A stretch of DNA of 64,000 nt from NCBI RefSeq assembly GCF_964355755.1, contig NC_092670.1, positions 18,338,795-18,402,794 on the forward strand, read 5' to 3'. Each line of letters begins with the position of its first letter. Position 1 is the first letter of the stretch. Position numbers and translations under genes: made by a program. Below are positions 51,182 to 64,000 of the stretch, piece after piece. Below the pieces are notes generated by a model. That model saw only the letters and a list, made by a program, of their open reading frames with translations. It did not search any database and was not told the origin of the DNA. The stretch is from Antedon mediterranea. Lineage: Eukaryota; Animalia; Echinodermata.

Positions 51182-54100
51182 TGCTGTTTTTAAATGGTAG
51201 GTATACACCAACATTTTAAACATTATTACTAATAATACATACAGTACTAACATTTAATATGTATATTAAAGTATTATAAATATGTACGTTGATTTGGCAG
51301 CCTCGTCATAGAATTGATAAACAAAGTTATCGGAAGGGTATGCCTAGGCTTTTTAAAACATTGTGTGTACATAATTAATAATTAAGTAATAACATTTATT
51401 ATTTTAGCACCAGAATACATAGTTTATGGAAATGGTTCATCATAGGTTACGGTATGGTTTGGTGATATCTTCTATTCTATCCAATTGTTGAGTAACTCTG
51501 GTTTGTTTTGTACCTAAAACATAGTTAGATATACAGTACGTTGTAAGCTTTCGAAAATGTAATACAAATACAGAAATATAAAGTGAATTAGAAGTGAATT
51601 GTAAAATTAAGAAGTAATTCCTTCAAGGAAACAATGTACAAAATAATTATCGTCTGAACTAGGTCAAATGGAGTCAGCTGAGACTTCTAAGCCTAGATCT
51701 GTGAAGCCTACAGAGCGTACCGTAGTAAACATTGTTTGCCGTTTGCCCTCCCGCTGCTATGGCCTCCTGCCTGGTATGGTTTGTGAAATGTACCGGCTTA
51801 CTGATTAGTTATTTATAATATACCAAGTTTTATTGCAGTATTAAAATGTGTACATTTTAACTATTAATAATGATACCACCAATATTCAATTTGACATACC
51901 ACGTTCCATATTATAAGCTTAGGTATACGGGCGCGCGTAAAACTTGGTGTCTTCGTTTATGCTCAAAACTAACCATTTTTTGGTACATTAAACTTGGATG
52001 ACTGAGGTGTCTGGAATGCCGTTTGACAGATAATTTCAAACTGTTTAGAATTGTAATTGTTTTTGGAGATTTTCTTGACGGTAAACTGACAAAAACGATG
52101 TTTTCCGCTTTGATTTAAAGTAATTCCTGTCCAATTAAACCTTGTTCTATATAAGCCATCAACCTTTAAATTGGCACTTGTTTACATTTTTACCACTTTA
52201 AGTTTTTTAGGTCTAGTACTGAAATTTATATTTCAAAATACCAATGTGTGATGCCAATCGAACCATTTCTTGTACAGTGATTATTTCAAAACCTAAATAA
52301 CAAAATCATAAACGAATACACAACGTTAATATACTTTTACAAACCTCAATCAATGTGGAAAAAAAGATCGAAGTTTCGAAAACATCATGAAACCATTTTC
52401 AAGAACATTATGACTAAATAATAATCACTTTGTATTATGCATTTGTTATTTTGTTAAATTACATTTTATTCAAAGATAACATTAAGATTACAATAAAGGA
52501 AAAAAAAAATTAAAGATACAAACAATGACAATGTTGAAACATATGGAGCAAGTAGGTCTAAAAATGTAAGATAATAATTGTATTATTCAAAAAAATTTAC
52601 TGTAGGTGTATGAAAATCGCGTTGTCATTGCTGAAAAATTGATCCACTAGATTGTTCACGTTGTAATTATTGTATAGGTAATTGATTATTATTAATTGCT
52701 AATTTATTTTAGTTGCAAACAAACGAAGTATATAAGATAGAGTTATACAATTAATGTATAGCTCCACAAAAATAGGTAGAATATTCCTCCTCATGATAGA
52801 ATTATTATTTGTAAGAAGGATTAGGTGGATTAGAAAAATTCTTTGCTGTGTTAGGTTTGTTTTGACACTTTAGTAGGTCGTTAACTGGGGAATATGTAGA
52901 GACCCCACTCTGTGTTACCTGAAAGCGAAAGATAACATAAATGATATCAATAGGCCTATTGTGTTAAGCCCAATGGGTAATTATACGTTTAATTGGGCAC
53001 GGTAGCTTTGAAATGATACACCTTTATCCACAAATATCAACATGATACAGTAATAACATTAATGTATGGCGTACTGGTAGTAATGTTAAGTTAACCATTT
53101 ATTAATTCAATGTCTTCTACAATGTTCTGTGCTTGTTGGATTTAGGCCCTACACACTAATCATTTTTAACTTTTGAATTCGTTTAATAATGAATATATTT
53201 CCTACATTAGCCTATTTCATAATTAGTGACAAATAGAAACATGCCATGACGAAACAGTATATCAGTTTATTAAATGTGATATCTATGTATTCGTTTATGT
53301 AAACTGACATTAAAACAATATTTTGTGTTTTATATTATTAAATCGTTTTTAAAGATAAACAAAGGTACAGCAATAAGAAAATACCTTTACAACGTACGAA
53401 TAGAAAAGTATGGGGCCAAAATTCTGCTTCTTTCAAATATTTTCTAAAGCAAGCTGTATTGAGGCCTACATATATTTATTTATTAATATTCGTTTTATTA
53501 ATATGATGTGCTATAGGCCCTATGTCGTTTCTACCAAAATGACAGTAATAGTTGTTTATGTAAGGATCTGGTCGGTAATCGAAACTTTCATAAAAGTAAT
53601 TTTGGGCTGTTTTCTCTCAGCAATGAGCCGAGTAAGGTGCTCTCCCCCGGAGCAGTATTGCCGTGAGTGTAAATTGAAAGATGGGATGAAGTATTCAATT
53701 TGTTTTGACATTTTGATACGAATATTATTGTAAATCAAGAACCTAATGTGTTCTGCTGATGCCATTACTTTAAAAACTTAATTCAGGAGTAGATGAGCAA
53801 CAATTTGTATCAAGATTCATGTAAAACTATATATAGTATTTAATTTTTACGAAAGAAATACCATCTACTAATAAGTCTGTGTTACAATATTACCGTTTGA
53901 ATGTTTTTACTTTGTAGTTTGTGTCCATGAAGAAATTAATATTTTATAGTAGAATAAATAGTATTAAAACTAATTAGATATCCTTACACAGGCCTAAAGC
54001 AAAATAAAAGATATTATCTTTGTGAGTTAATAGATGGAATACTGGAGTATATACGTTTAATTTTATTCCCACAGTCTATATACCCGATTCAAATCATTCA

Positions 54101-57100
54101 TATATCCCGTAGCTTAAACTCTAGTTAAATGTTAATGACACTTCTGATGTTGATAGTTCGTAGGCCAAGGAACAATCATGGTATTAACACAGATTAGCCG
54201 AAAGGGTCCTATAAATCATAATTATAACCCTACAAGACCCTATCGCAATTAGTTTAGAAATGAGTTGTAATGAGGGCAACTTGTAAGTCTACTGTTTATA
54301 AGTTAAGTTTATACTCATCTGACCCACGATACCATACGATATACATCCGTATATGTAAAAGACAAGACTGTACAGAGACAATTGAGGTTAGGCTAAAGAA
54401 TAGTCTTTTTCGCGCGCGTACACACTTTGATTAAATACAATATGCATGTTTGCACGCGCGCGTCGATTCAAATGTCTCTTCGTGGTGGCAATGAGTTGTT
54501 TCATACAGGTGTTTTGGTATGTAAAATCTTTATTCTTCCATGGTAAAACCATCCCCTGTCATTCATTCTTTACTCGTTGGCAGTTATGGACGATTTATTT
54601 ACATGTGCGCGGTTAAACTTGTTAATTTGACACATGTCTGATTAGGGGTGTGTGTGTGTGGCATGTACAAAGAAGCATCAGAATACCTACATCCTCTGGG
54701 AAAGTAATCTATTCGAAGGTGTCAGAAAAGTTACCTCTTCCATTCTTTTGATGGACAATCAGACGCTGTGACTTTAATTATCCCCTTTAGGCTTTTATTC
54801 GCAGTTTTATTATATGCAATATACCTGGGATAAAGATTTTAGTACAGTATCTAGAAGAACAATGATTTTATTCATTAATGTTGTTTGTTTACGTTGGTGT
54901 ATATTTATTTCCTAATAGTAATACTCTAATAATATAAAATTAATTTACCGAACCTCTCCTTAGAATATGTCATTCGTCATGAATGATCAATAGTTAATTT
55001 GTTTGCATTTTTCTTGCTTTTACCCATTTTTTTTGTATGTATTATCTATTTTTAGTTGCTTCATACCACTTATGACCATCATGCAACTAATTTGCAACAT
55101 CAGTCACTTAGTTCTTACTGGACATACTAACATATATATCACCGCAAGTACTTTTATCGATCACAAAGTTACGGATTATAAAAACCTTGGTTTGTGATTG
55201 GTCAAATGTCTTGCGCTATGCGCGTATTCTTTGCGTTGCGTCCTCAATAGTTGGTAATCTGCACGCTCTATTTATTGATTTATTCCATCATTAACTACAT
55301 CTCGATCCCGTAACTTTCTGAATTGTTTAAGATATCTAGTAATGTTCAATTATTGTAATACATTATGTATATGAGTTTATTTTATTTCGAATTCAAACAT
55401 CCTAATAAGCCTTTACTGATTAATTCGAGCAGTAGTAGTAGTAACGAAATGTTTTGTTAAGGCATAAGGCATGTGTAATTAGTAACCCCGTTAAACAGCA
55501 TGAGATGACGGATAAACATTTCCAATCCACTGACATAGCTTATTAGTGAATTGTATTTTTCAGGCTTAGAAATTAAATGTAATATAAAAATAACATCAAA
55601 TTATCGTTAACATTTATTAACGGTGACACGTGACCCTTGAAATGATAATCAGTGTTATCTGACCGAGAGTAAACCAATCGACAATTAGTAAACGGGAGGT
55701 TCCAGTTTATATTAATGTTTGAAAGTTATGTTATAAAAGCTACGGTACTCTAGGCCTTGGCCTAATGTTCAACAATGTTATGCGAAATTTAACAAATTTT
55801 CTAACATCTAATAAGACTCCATAATCTTACAGAGAACCCCTATAAGAAGACCCAACAAAGATGTCCTTTGAATAGTGTTGGGTTGGTTATAATATATTGG
55901 CCCCGTAAATCGGGATGTCCCAAAGAAGGGGGTTAATGCTTGCATTCTTTTTGTTGATATTTATCCTCATTGTTTTCATTTAAAAATGAAAAAAAAACAT
56001 ATTGATAATAGAAGTGATTTAAACCTAGATTCATTCCTATTTTTTTCTTCTTGGTGTAAGACTGCTGCGATTGTCCTTTGCAATATCAATAATGTTAGAA
56101 TATTATCTATCATGGAGGAGTGAAATTACAACAATTAATTTTCACTCTTCCCTGAATGATCTATAGATTATTATAATACCAATATATTTTATAATGGAAA
56201 TCAATTATAGTCAACATTAATTAATTACTTCGCTAGGATAATGTTATTCTTTACTCATTGAAACAACTCCAATGCCCATAGTATAAGAGCGCAATACAGT
56301 TAGTAAACTTAAGACAAATATATAAAAGTAAGTAAGTAGGTCTATGCCTATGAAATTAAGTTTAATCTCCATGATGATATTCCTTACCGGTACAAGATGA
56401 GGCCTTGCATTTCAATAAAATATGAATTATTAAATTGTTTTCTCCATATTAGCTGTAATTTCCAATTGTCATTGTTATAGAACGTGTTTGTGTTTTAGTA
56501 CAATAACTATAATAATTTAAATGGCCAAGTCCTACTTTAAAAGTCATGGCCTTATCAATAAATGTTTTAAAGATTGAGACTTTTCACGATTTTGTCGCGT
56601 TTTGGTAACCACCAGGTTAACCACGAAGGTAGTCATAACTAACATTTGTATTGTAAATACGTACTTTACACGTATACTGCAAAACATATATTATACTGCA
56701 GTTATTTAATAAATACTTTTCTTTTACTATTCGATAATAACTATACTGAATACTGAAATTATTTATTTGTCCATTGTCATAATAAATACCAATAAAAATT
56801 CATCTTAAAGATTGACAAAGATTCTAGTACGATAATATTTATATAGATAATATATAAAATAAAAACTTAACTTTAATTCAACATATTTGCAACTTTTAAT
56901 TATAAGTATAGGCAGTCGGACCATGTGATAATGATCGAAATTCCACATTGGTAGGGCGAATGAATAATTTTTTATCCAATTTTGACAAGTTTATAGAAAC
57001 TGTATTAATTAAAAACGAGGGAACATGTATTGAGAATTCGACATTTCGTTTCTCAATATCTGTTCTGCCGCTTTGTTCATGTGTTCGTGTAAATTACGGT

Positions 57101-59329
57101 CCTCAAATTTGTTAAAAATTAATATTTTAGAATACTATGGATGGAAGTTTTCCTCAGATTTTTTAATTTTGTTGATCGTTTAAAGATATATTTGATGGCA
57201 AACTGTAGCCGACTTTTCCGTTTGTCTCACCTGTTTGAACTAGGCTGGTAAAATCAAAGGAAATCAAATTAAATGCACAGTACCGTGTATTGTATTGTTT
57301 CCTCATCTTATTAAGAAACAGTTGGTCAATATATCGTATTTGAACAATCATAATAAAATGCAAGTAAACATGTATACATTTGGTAAGTTTAGAACCTTAA
57401 AACTGTGGATGTATTGGTTAATATTTCCTCCATGAAATAAGTAATGTAGGCCTATCTGTACTGTCATTTCACCGTTTCAACATTTACATGGCTGTAATAA
57501 GCAGTCTCTCTGCTCGACATCGGAGGCTCAGTTCACCATCTTGAAAGCTTAGCATAGATAACTTGAACAATGTTATTTTCCAAACTATAATTATGAGATT
57601 AGGAGACTACTACTGTAAATCCAATAAATTCCTTATACTGGGAATGCCGAAGATTTTAACCGAGAATCAAAACATGTTTTGGTTCGATTTCCATTCCACA
57701 CTCTTATCGAATTGGACGATTTTTGTTTACCCTTTTGATTTATAGGTAGCTTTTAACTTTTGGTTTAATTACACAATGGCCCTACATGGTTAACTTCTGT
57801 GTAGTACTGTAGTACAAGATAAAATAAAAACATCCTTAATTAAAAAGCATGGTGCGACAAGTTTGTTTGTCTAGACAAACTACTTCTATATGGACCTATT
57901 AAAAGTACTAGACTAATAATATAGTGAAGTGCGTTGATCGAGCCTGACTAAAAGGTAATGCACCAGACACTATGCCTTGCTTAAATATGTGATCTAATCA
58001 CTTTGGCATCTCGATTGATTTTCCGTTTTGTTTATTTGGAAGAACTACTTCTGCTAGTACAAACAAGTGGATTTCAGTTTTTCCATCGGGTGTATGGCTA
58101 GCTACGTTCATATTCGTGGGAATAAGTTATTTCCCAGTAAAAAATAGGAAATGGGTTTAAGATTACCCAACAAGTACAGTTTCGATCTTTCTGAACTGTT
58201 TCCTTGATTCGACCAAAAATGTGTCTGAGGATAACATTTACTAATGTTTATGAAATAAGCTAGACCTCTTATAATTTGCGTTAATGTTTAAATAAACGTA
58301 AGCTGCTTCAGGAGCTGAGCTGAGTAGGACTGTTCGTCGCTTTATTTTATCATCTTTATACCTGCGATATTTGAACACTGTTACATTAAATAAATTATAT
58401 TTGAATATTAAATCAAGCAAGTAACTGTCACGGTGCTCAGTATATGGCCCCCTTGGAAAATCCCCCTCTTCCCTGGGAAAATCAAGAAATGTGCTAGGCA
58501 TGTACAACTCTAACTGCGTGGGTTTATAACAAGAAGCGATCAATTTATTGAGTAAATTGATGTTGATAAGCCAGCTAGTATGACTGTACATTTTGAATGT
58601 TGTTTTGACAGTTAGATCGAAACGATCGGCCACTAAAAACAACTATGTAACGTTGTGATAACAAAATAAGATTAAACAAATGAATTGTTTTAGTAAAAAT
58701 AAAGATACTTTATTCCCAACTGTTCATTTTTAGCATGTTTGGTCGTAATGAAAAGTTTCCTTAGAGCAGATATTTTCCTCGAAAACAATCGCTCGATTTG
58801 AAATAGTCAAATCTTTGATTGGAATTGTTCCTCAACTCAACTAAGCTACTTGGGGACACACACTTTAAAGAACTGTTCGTCTCAATTTACGATTGGCCTC
58901 CAAAACATGACAAATTATTCAAATCATCTTCAAGCATATTCAACAAAAATATTTTTAAACAATTTACTTTTTTCAGGGAGACAATATCTAAATTATTTCT
59001 CCATACTAAATACTAGAACATTTATTGAAACAAAACAACTAGACTTGTTTTGTGATAATCCAAACCATAAGTATTTTAAAATGTGTACAGAAGTAATTTT
59101 TGTAATGTTACGTAACAATTTTGTTTTGTTTGTTTACAGGTGTGACGTCAGAGCTAAACGTGGACGTGTTGTTTACCTCAGTTGTTGGTGATGTGCTTTG
59201 AGGCTTCAGCAGCGGGACCTGCAAGCCCATCAGAATCGTGCTTTCATAGTCAAATCATAATCTCTGCTCCCTGGAGAAGGACAATCAAGTTATTCCAAAG
59301 TTTGGCCTAAGGTGTTTTCGAACCTTGTT

Positions 59330-59457
59330 TAAGTGTTGTTCCCTCTAGAGTCGCAACGCAAGTGAGTTAACCAATGACAAGCGACAGTATGAATAATCTA
59401 TCGCTTGTGATTGGTCAAATCCCTACGTTGCGCTTACGTCTCTGTGGGAACCAAGCA
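59330..59457. mobile_element. PIF/Harbinger-like MITE, degenerate copy
   Basis: CCAATGACAAGCGACAG..TCGCTTGTGATTGGTCAA..GTGGGAACCAAGC. Confidence 0.78.
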
Positions 59458-60839
59458 TGATAATGGTTCTGGTTTTCCGCCTTTCCCATATACACGAAAT
59501 CATCAGGTGAAAAGAAGACCAAACGAAAGAGAGGGTTTAAGAGGATCAACTTCTTCCGTATCTTTGGACTTTGATACATTGAAAAATATTAAAATTTACT
59601 GCATTTGGCTTCACCACTTTTTCTCCACATGTTTACCGTGGTTGATGAACTAAATATGAATCAAAAATTATTTATTATGTTACGTTATGTAAAAGTATAA
59701 AGTAGATTTTAAATACAGAACCATATTATGCACTTTTAGAAAATTCAATGCAAATTCTTTCAAGAATATTGTTGGTGTACTTTTAAGTGAGTGAGTTAGA
59801 TTATTTGTGGACAAGATTAAAGTATATAGAAAGATTTGACAGTGATATTATTAAGAACTGTGTTTGTTTGGTTCCCAGAAAAGAAATTTAGACGTTAATA
59901 CGCTGAGGTGCAGTTAATTTTGCTCGACTCGAAAATGTGTCTAATTTTCTCAACTGGGAAACGAATCTTCATATTGTAGGTATGATTGTATGAAATACTG
60001 TATTTGTGAAATCAACGGTTGACCAGGTATGGTTAAAATCTTCGTCGATTTCATAAACAAATAAAAAGTGTTTTATCGATTTATGTTGCATTCCGAGTTA
60101 TCGATTAAAAGAAGAAGACAATAGTCACCACAAACTGTATAAACCTCGACTTTGATGAATCATACGATGTTATTCAACAATCTTATAGTTATTTATATAT
60201 TATTAAAATCGCATTTGAACACCTGTTCCCAAATTGATGTTATGTTAATTTCAGAGGGATTAAGTTTAATGCGTAATCCGCGTTCCATAGCGAAGGTGAA
60301 GACCCTCGATGACGTAGTGTTGTTATCAAAACACTTTTTCCTGAAGCCAATTAATGGTTTTACATTATCCGTAATATTGTAAGAATTTATTTATGTGAAT
60401 GATAAAAGTGTATAGAAGATAAATTATTTCTTCCAAGTTGTATATTACTAAACCCGGTTTTTCACTTTAAAGTTTAATAATAAGTTTTCGTTAAAAAAGG
60501 TCTTTCAGTGTTTACCTCATCGGTAAACAAATTCACAAATCCGAAATGACCAAAGTTAAAATATTCCCCAACATTCTTTTTAAAAAGGCTGAATATCTGT
60601 TATTCCTATTTGAATATTTATGATATGCTTATGAATTATTCATAAAAAAAAAACGTTTATTAAATATACATATCGTGTTAAAATTAGTCGACTTTATAAT
60701 TGTAAATATATAGTACAGTATTGAACAGTTTCTATTGCTTATTAATGATGCTAGTTTTCAATAAACATCATATTTTTGCAAATTATCAGTCATGAGTTTG
60801 TGATTCTGTCTTCTTTAAAACGTCTTCGTATAGTAGTAA

Positions 60840-60986
60840 TGCTTATTGTTCTCACTATGAGACGCAAAGTAAGTGGACCAATCATAAGCGATAGATAATT
60901 CAAACTGTCACTTGTTATTGGTTAACTCGCTTGCGTTGCGTCTATCCTTGCGTAAGTTGCGTTGAGTCACCTGTGGGAACCAAGCT
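60840..60986. mobile_element. PIF/Harbinger-like MITE, degenerate copy
   Basis: ..CGCTTGCGTTGCGTCTA..GTGGGAACCAAGCT+TTA. Confidence 0.78.
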
Positions 60987-63024
60987 TTAGTGTGTTAATA
61001 ATTATCATTCTGCGCATGCTTATGTTTCTGGGCATACACAGAATGACATTTCAACTAGATAGCTGCGTAGTCCAGTAGCGCGTCGTGAAATCGAAAAGAC
61101 TGCATTGTCTTACAAATGTTTATAATTTACGCATGCATTTCCATAGGCACGTAATACAACAGTGTGTATTTTTTACGAAGCAAATCTTGAACATTTTTTT
61201 CAATTAAACGCCAAATTGTATAAACACAAGTCAGTATAAGTCTGTATTATATTATAGTTTACATATAATTTATTATGTAGTTATGTGAAATTTTGTTTTT
61301 ATTTAAAAGACTTATCACAATCGAGAGTTTTGTTGTAACGCCAAATTCTTGTTATATAGATTATTTCAACGTATTCAAGAAATAAGAATGATGTTTGAAT
61401 GATCATATCAAAATGAGTAGATGGAATAAACAACATAATCATTATTAATCGTAAAACAACGACTTCTCATTGGTTATAATCTTATGTATCCTAACCTTCT
61501 GTGTGATGCCAAGTTTTTGAATTAGTTCTATCACGTACGTCTTCAGGAAAACCTGCTAAACTTAGCAAAGATAATCTAGAAGAAAATCCGTTGCAAAAAA
61601 ATCATGACAATGAATGTTTAATAATGTTATTGCTGAGTACAGCTTTACCTCGTTTCTAAAACCGAGGCCGGTTTTAAACGGAAATTAGGAATAATCGTAG
61701 TACAAGTCATAATTGTTGTATTTGCTATGTGGCCGGCAATTATAGGAATTTCAACAAACATAGGTCTAGCCTACACATTTTTTCTTCTGAAATATAAAAA
61801 AACGGGGGAAAAAACCAAAAAGCAAATGAGATTTCAAAGTAAAAACAGATCATAACAAACTTAAACTTTAATGGAAATAAGTCATAACGTTACTTCGTTC
61901 GAATTCATTAAAAGTGTACAAAGAAAGAAAGTGCCCACAAAATGATAAAATAGAGAGCCTGATTGGTTAATCTTGGATGAGCCGGCGCTTCTCATTGGTC
62001 AACTCACAGGCGTTGCGTCTACGCGCCCGTATTACGTACCATGAGTAAACAAAGCTTCAACTTGATAGTACATAAACCTAAAGACAAGATTCTCTCATTT
62101 TTGTGTGCTCTCATCTTCTAAATCCACCAAGAGACACACCTCTTATCGCCACCTTCAACATTCTTTCTTACATACCTAACTGAAATTGCGCATCAGCCAG
62201 TTTCTTTAATGACATTCAATCAACGTTTCCTAATAATGAACAACTGATATACTGATATGTACTATCACACGGAATACGTGATAAATTTCTTTTGTGCTAC
62301 TCCAAGTTACCAACCATGTTAGGTATCAATTGACGCACTCTATCGTTCGAACACTTTAAGTAACCAATGTTTTGTTTTTATTTGCAGAAGCATACGTGTG
62401 AATTGTACCGTAGTATTTCCATTAACAAGTCATGTATTTATTTTATTCCTCATTAAATTATAATATGATAAATCACATTCAGTACTGATTTTAACAATGG
62501 ACCACAGATACACATTAGGTAAAAACCTAAATAAAGATTTTAATAGAAAAAAAGGGAATTACCAGACAAACTCCATAGAAATTAATAGTTAACAGCCTGA
62601 GTTCAAGAAAATATTGTTTAGCCTACACATTCTTTTTAATATTGATGTGAACTTTCAGCAAATACTGCAGTGAACTGTTTCTGTAATGTATGTTGGTTTA
62701 TAGATAAAATAACAATAAATATATCCAGATACTAATAGTATAGTATTTAAAATGATTAAATCATAATGATTCGAATTGTATTCGCACACGCGGTCTTACA
62801 AACCATTGGAATGCTGATTATTATCTACCGATTCTTCTCAGATCGTTTCGTACCGCAAATTCTTTTTTCTCCCTCAGGCAGATACCTCCGAACCCGTTGT
62901 CTTGGGATTTTAAACCATGACTAATCTTAATACAGAAATAGACACACTGATCTTTATTTAAGTGACGAGTAACTGTTCTTGATGAATCTATGACCGATCA
63001 TCCTACTTTGTTGGCCTATAGGAT

Positions 63025-63348
63025 TAAGAATGCTAGGCCTATCATGGTATCACAACTCCCATCATTTGCAGTGGGGTTTCTGTATCTGTGAGCCTTGAGC
63101 ATTGTTAGGCCCACAATCGATATTATTAATCAATAATATGTCACTACCACTTCTATTTACCACGTGTGTATATTAAATATACTTGGCATGTATCATACTT
63201 GGCATGCCTAAGAATGTTAAGCCTATGATATGTCATCATCACTCCCATCACCTGCAGTGGGTTTTCGGTTAAAACTATAACTTTGAGCATTTTTAGGCCC
63301 ACAATTGATAGATCAATATGATACCACTTCAAAATTACCACGTATGTG
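63025..63348. repeat. Diverged tandem duplication, ~184-bp period
   Basis: TAAGAATG..GCCTAT..ACTCCCATCA..TGCAGTGGG..TTGAGCATT..TAGGCCCACAAT..TACCACTTC..TTACCACGT starts at 63025 and 63209. Confidence 0.8.
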
Positions 63349-64000
63349 CGTACCTAATAAAACACCGGCGTTTTTGTGTGTAAATGGATTTTTGCTAGGC
63401 GATGTGAAAAAGGTAGTGGTGTATCAAGCTAGCAATGTGTCACACAGTCACATAGACATTATAACGTTTTACCCAATCTTTAAGAACGTTATTAATTGTT
63501 CCTATGATACAGTTGTACCATGTGATGAATACATACCGATGTATCGTGGAAATATCCTAAGATACTGAAATAAAATAATATACACTACGTATGAATCGGT
63601 CGATCGTGTGAACGCAACCGTCAAGTGTGCCTCTTCTTGGTCTCACTGACGAATTATGCAAATTATTTCTTAATGGAAGAGATATGTGAAGAGGATAATC
63701 ATCTTAACACACCCAGGATAAAAAGAAAACTGAAAGTGTAAAAGCTAAATGACAAAGCAATAACCATGATTGAGCTTGGAGTCAAGTCATGATAAAAATC
63801 AGAAAGAAGGATACATTTAATAACATTTCATAAAACATTTCTTAACAATCTAATCTGATCAAGCTAGCGCGTTCCGGTTGTCAGTTTATGATTATAAAGA
63901 TGATACAGATGTAATGAAACTATTGTGATCTAAACAGAGCGTCACGTGTCATCGCGAAGAGTGTGGACATTGGCGATGTTCGGCTGTTGGATACGCTCAC

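Overview
This is AT-rich (roughly 30% GC by eye) animal genomic DNA, not prokaryotic. It is probably an invertebrate deuterostome such as an echinoderm, which I infer from the Twist sequence and repeat content and cannot prove. The only convincing protein-coding gene is twist (bHLH plus WR motif, uninterrupted CDS 50591-51181, +), with about 50 kb upstream lacking recognisable host coding exons. The main structure is a ~5.7 kb tandem array of tRNA-Phe(GAA) genes on the minus strand (7097-12810): 27 near-full-length copies, of which 8 match the consensus exactly, plus two remnants. The array has higher-order repeat blocks and a broken allele present three times. The window also holds a 5'-truncated Rex1/Babar-like LINE, an RTE relic, a 1.1 kb foldback DNA transposon, at least 12 copies of a PIF/Harbinger-like MITE, a Penelope-type minimal hammerhead ribozyme motif and a 27-bp minisatellite. 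The most unusual signal is a set of probable transposon excision scars. These include 22-30 bp palindromes with 7-bp target duplications (P/Galileo-like) and TA-NNN-TA footprints (Tc1/mariner-like). Three of them have their empty site preserved in sibling tandem repeats. I found no novel protein-encoded system, and most ORFs in the track are spurious. Coordinates were counted by hand.
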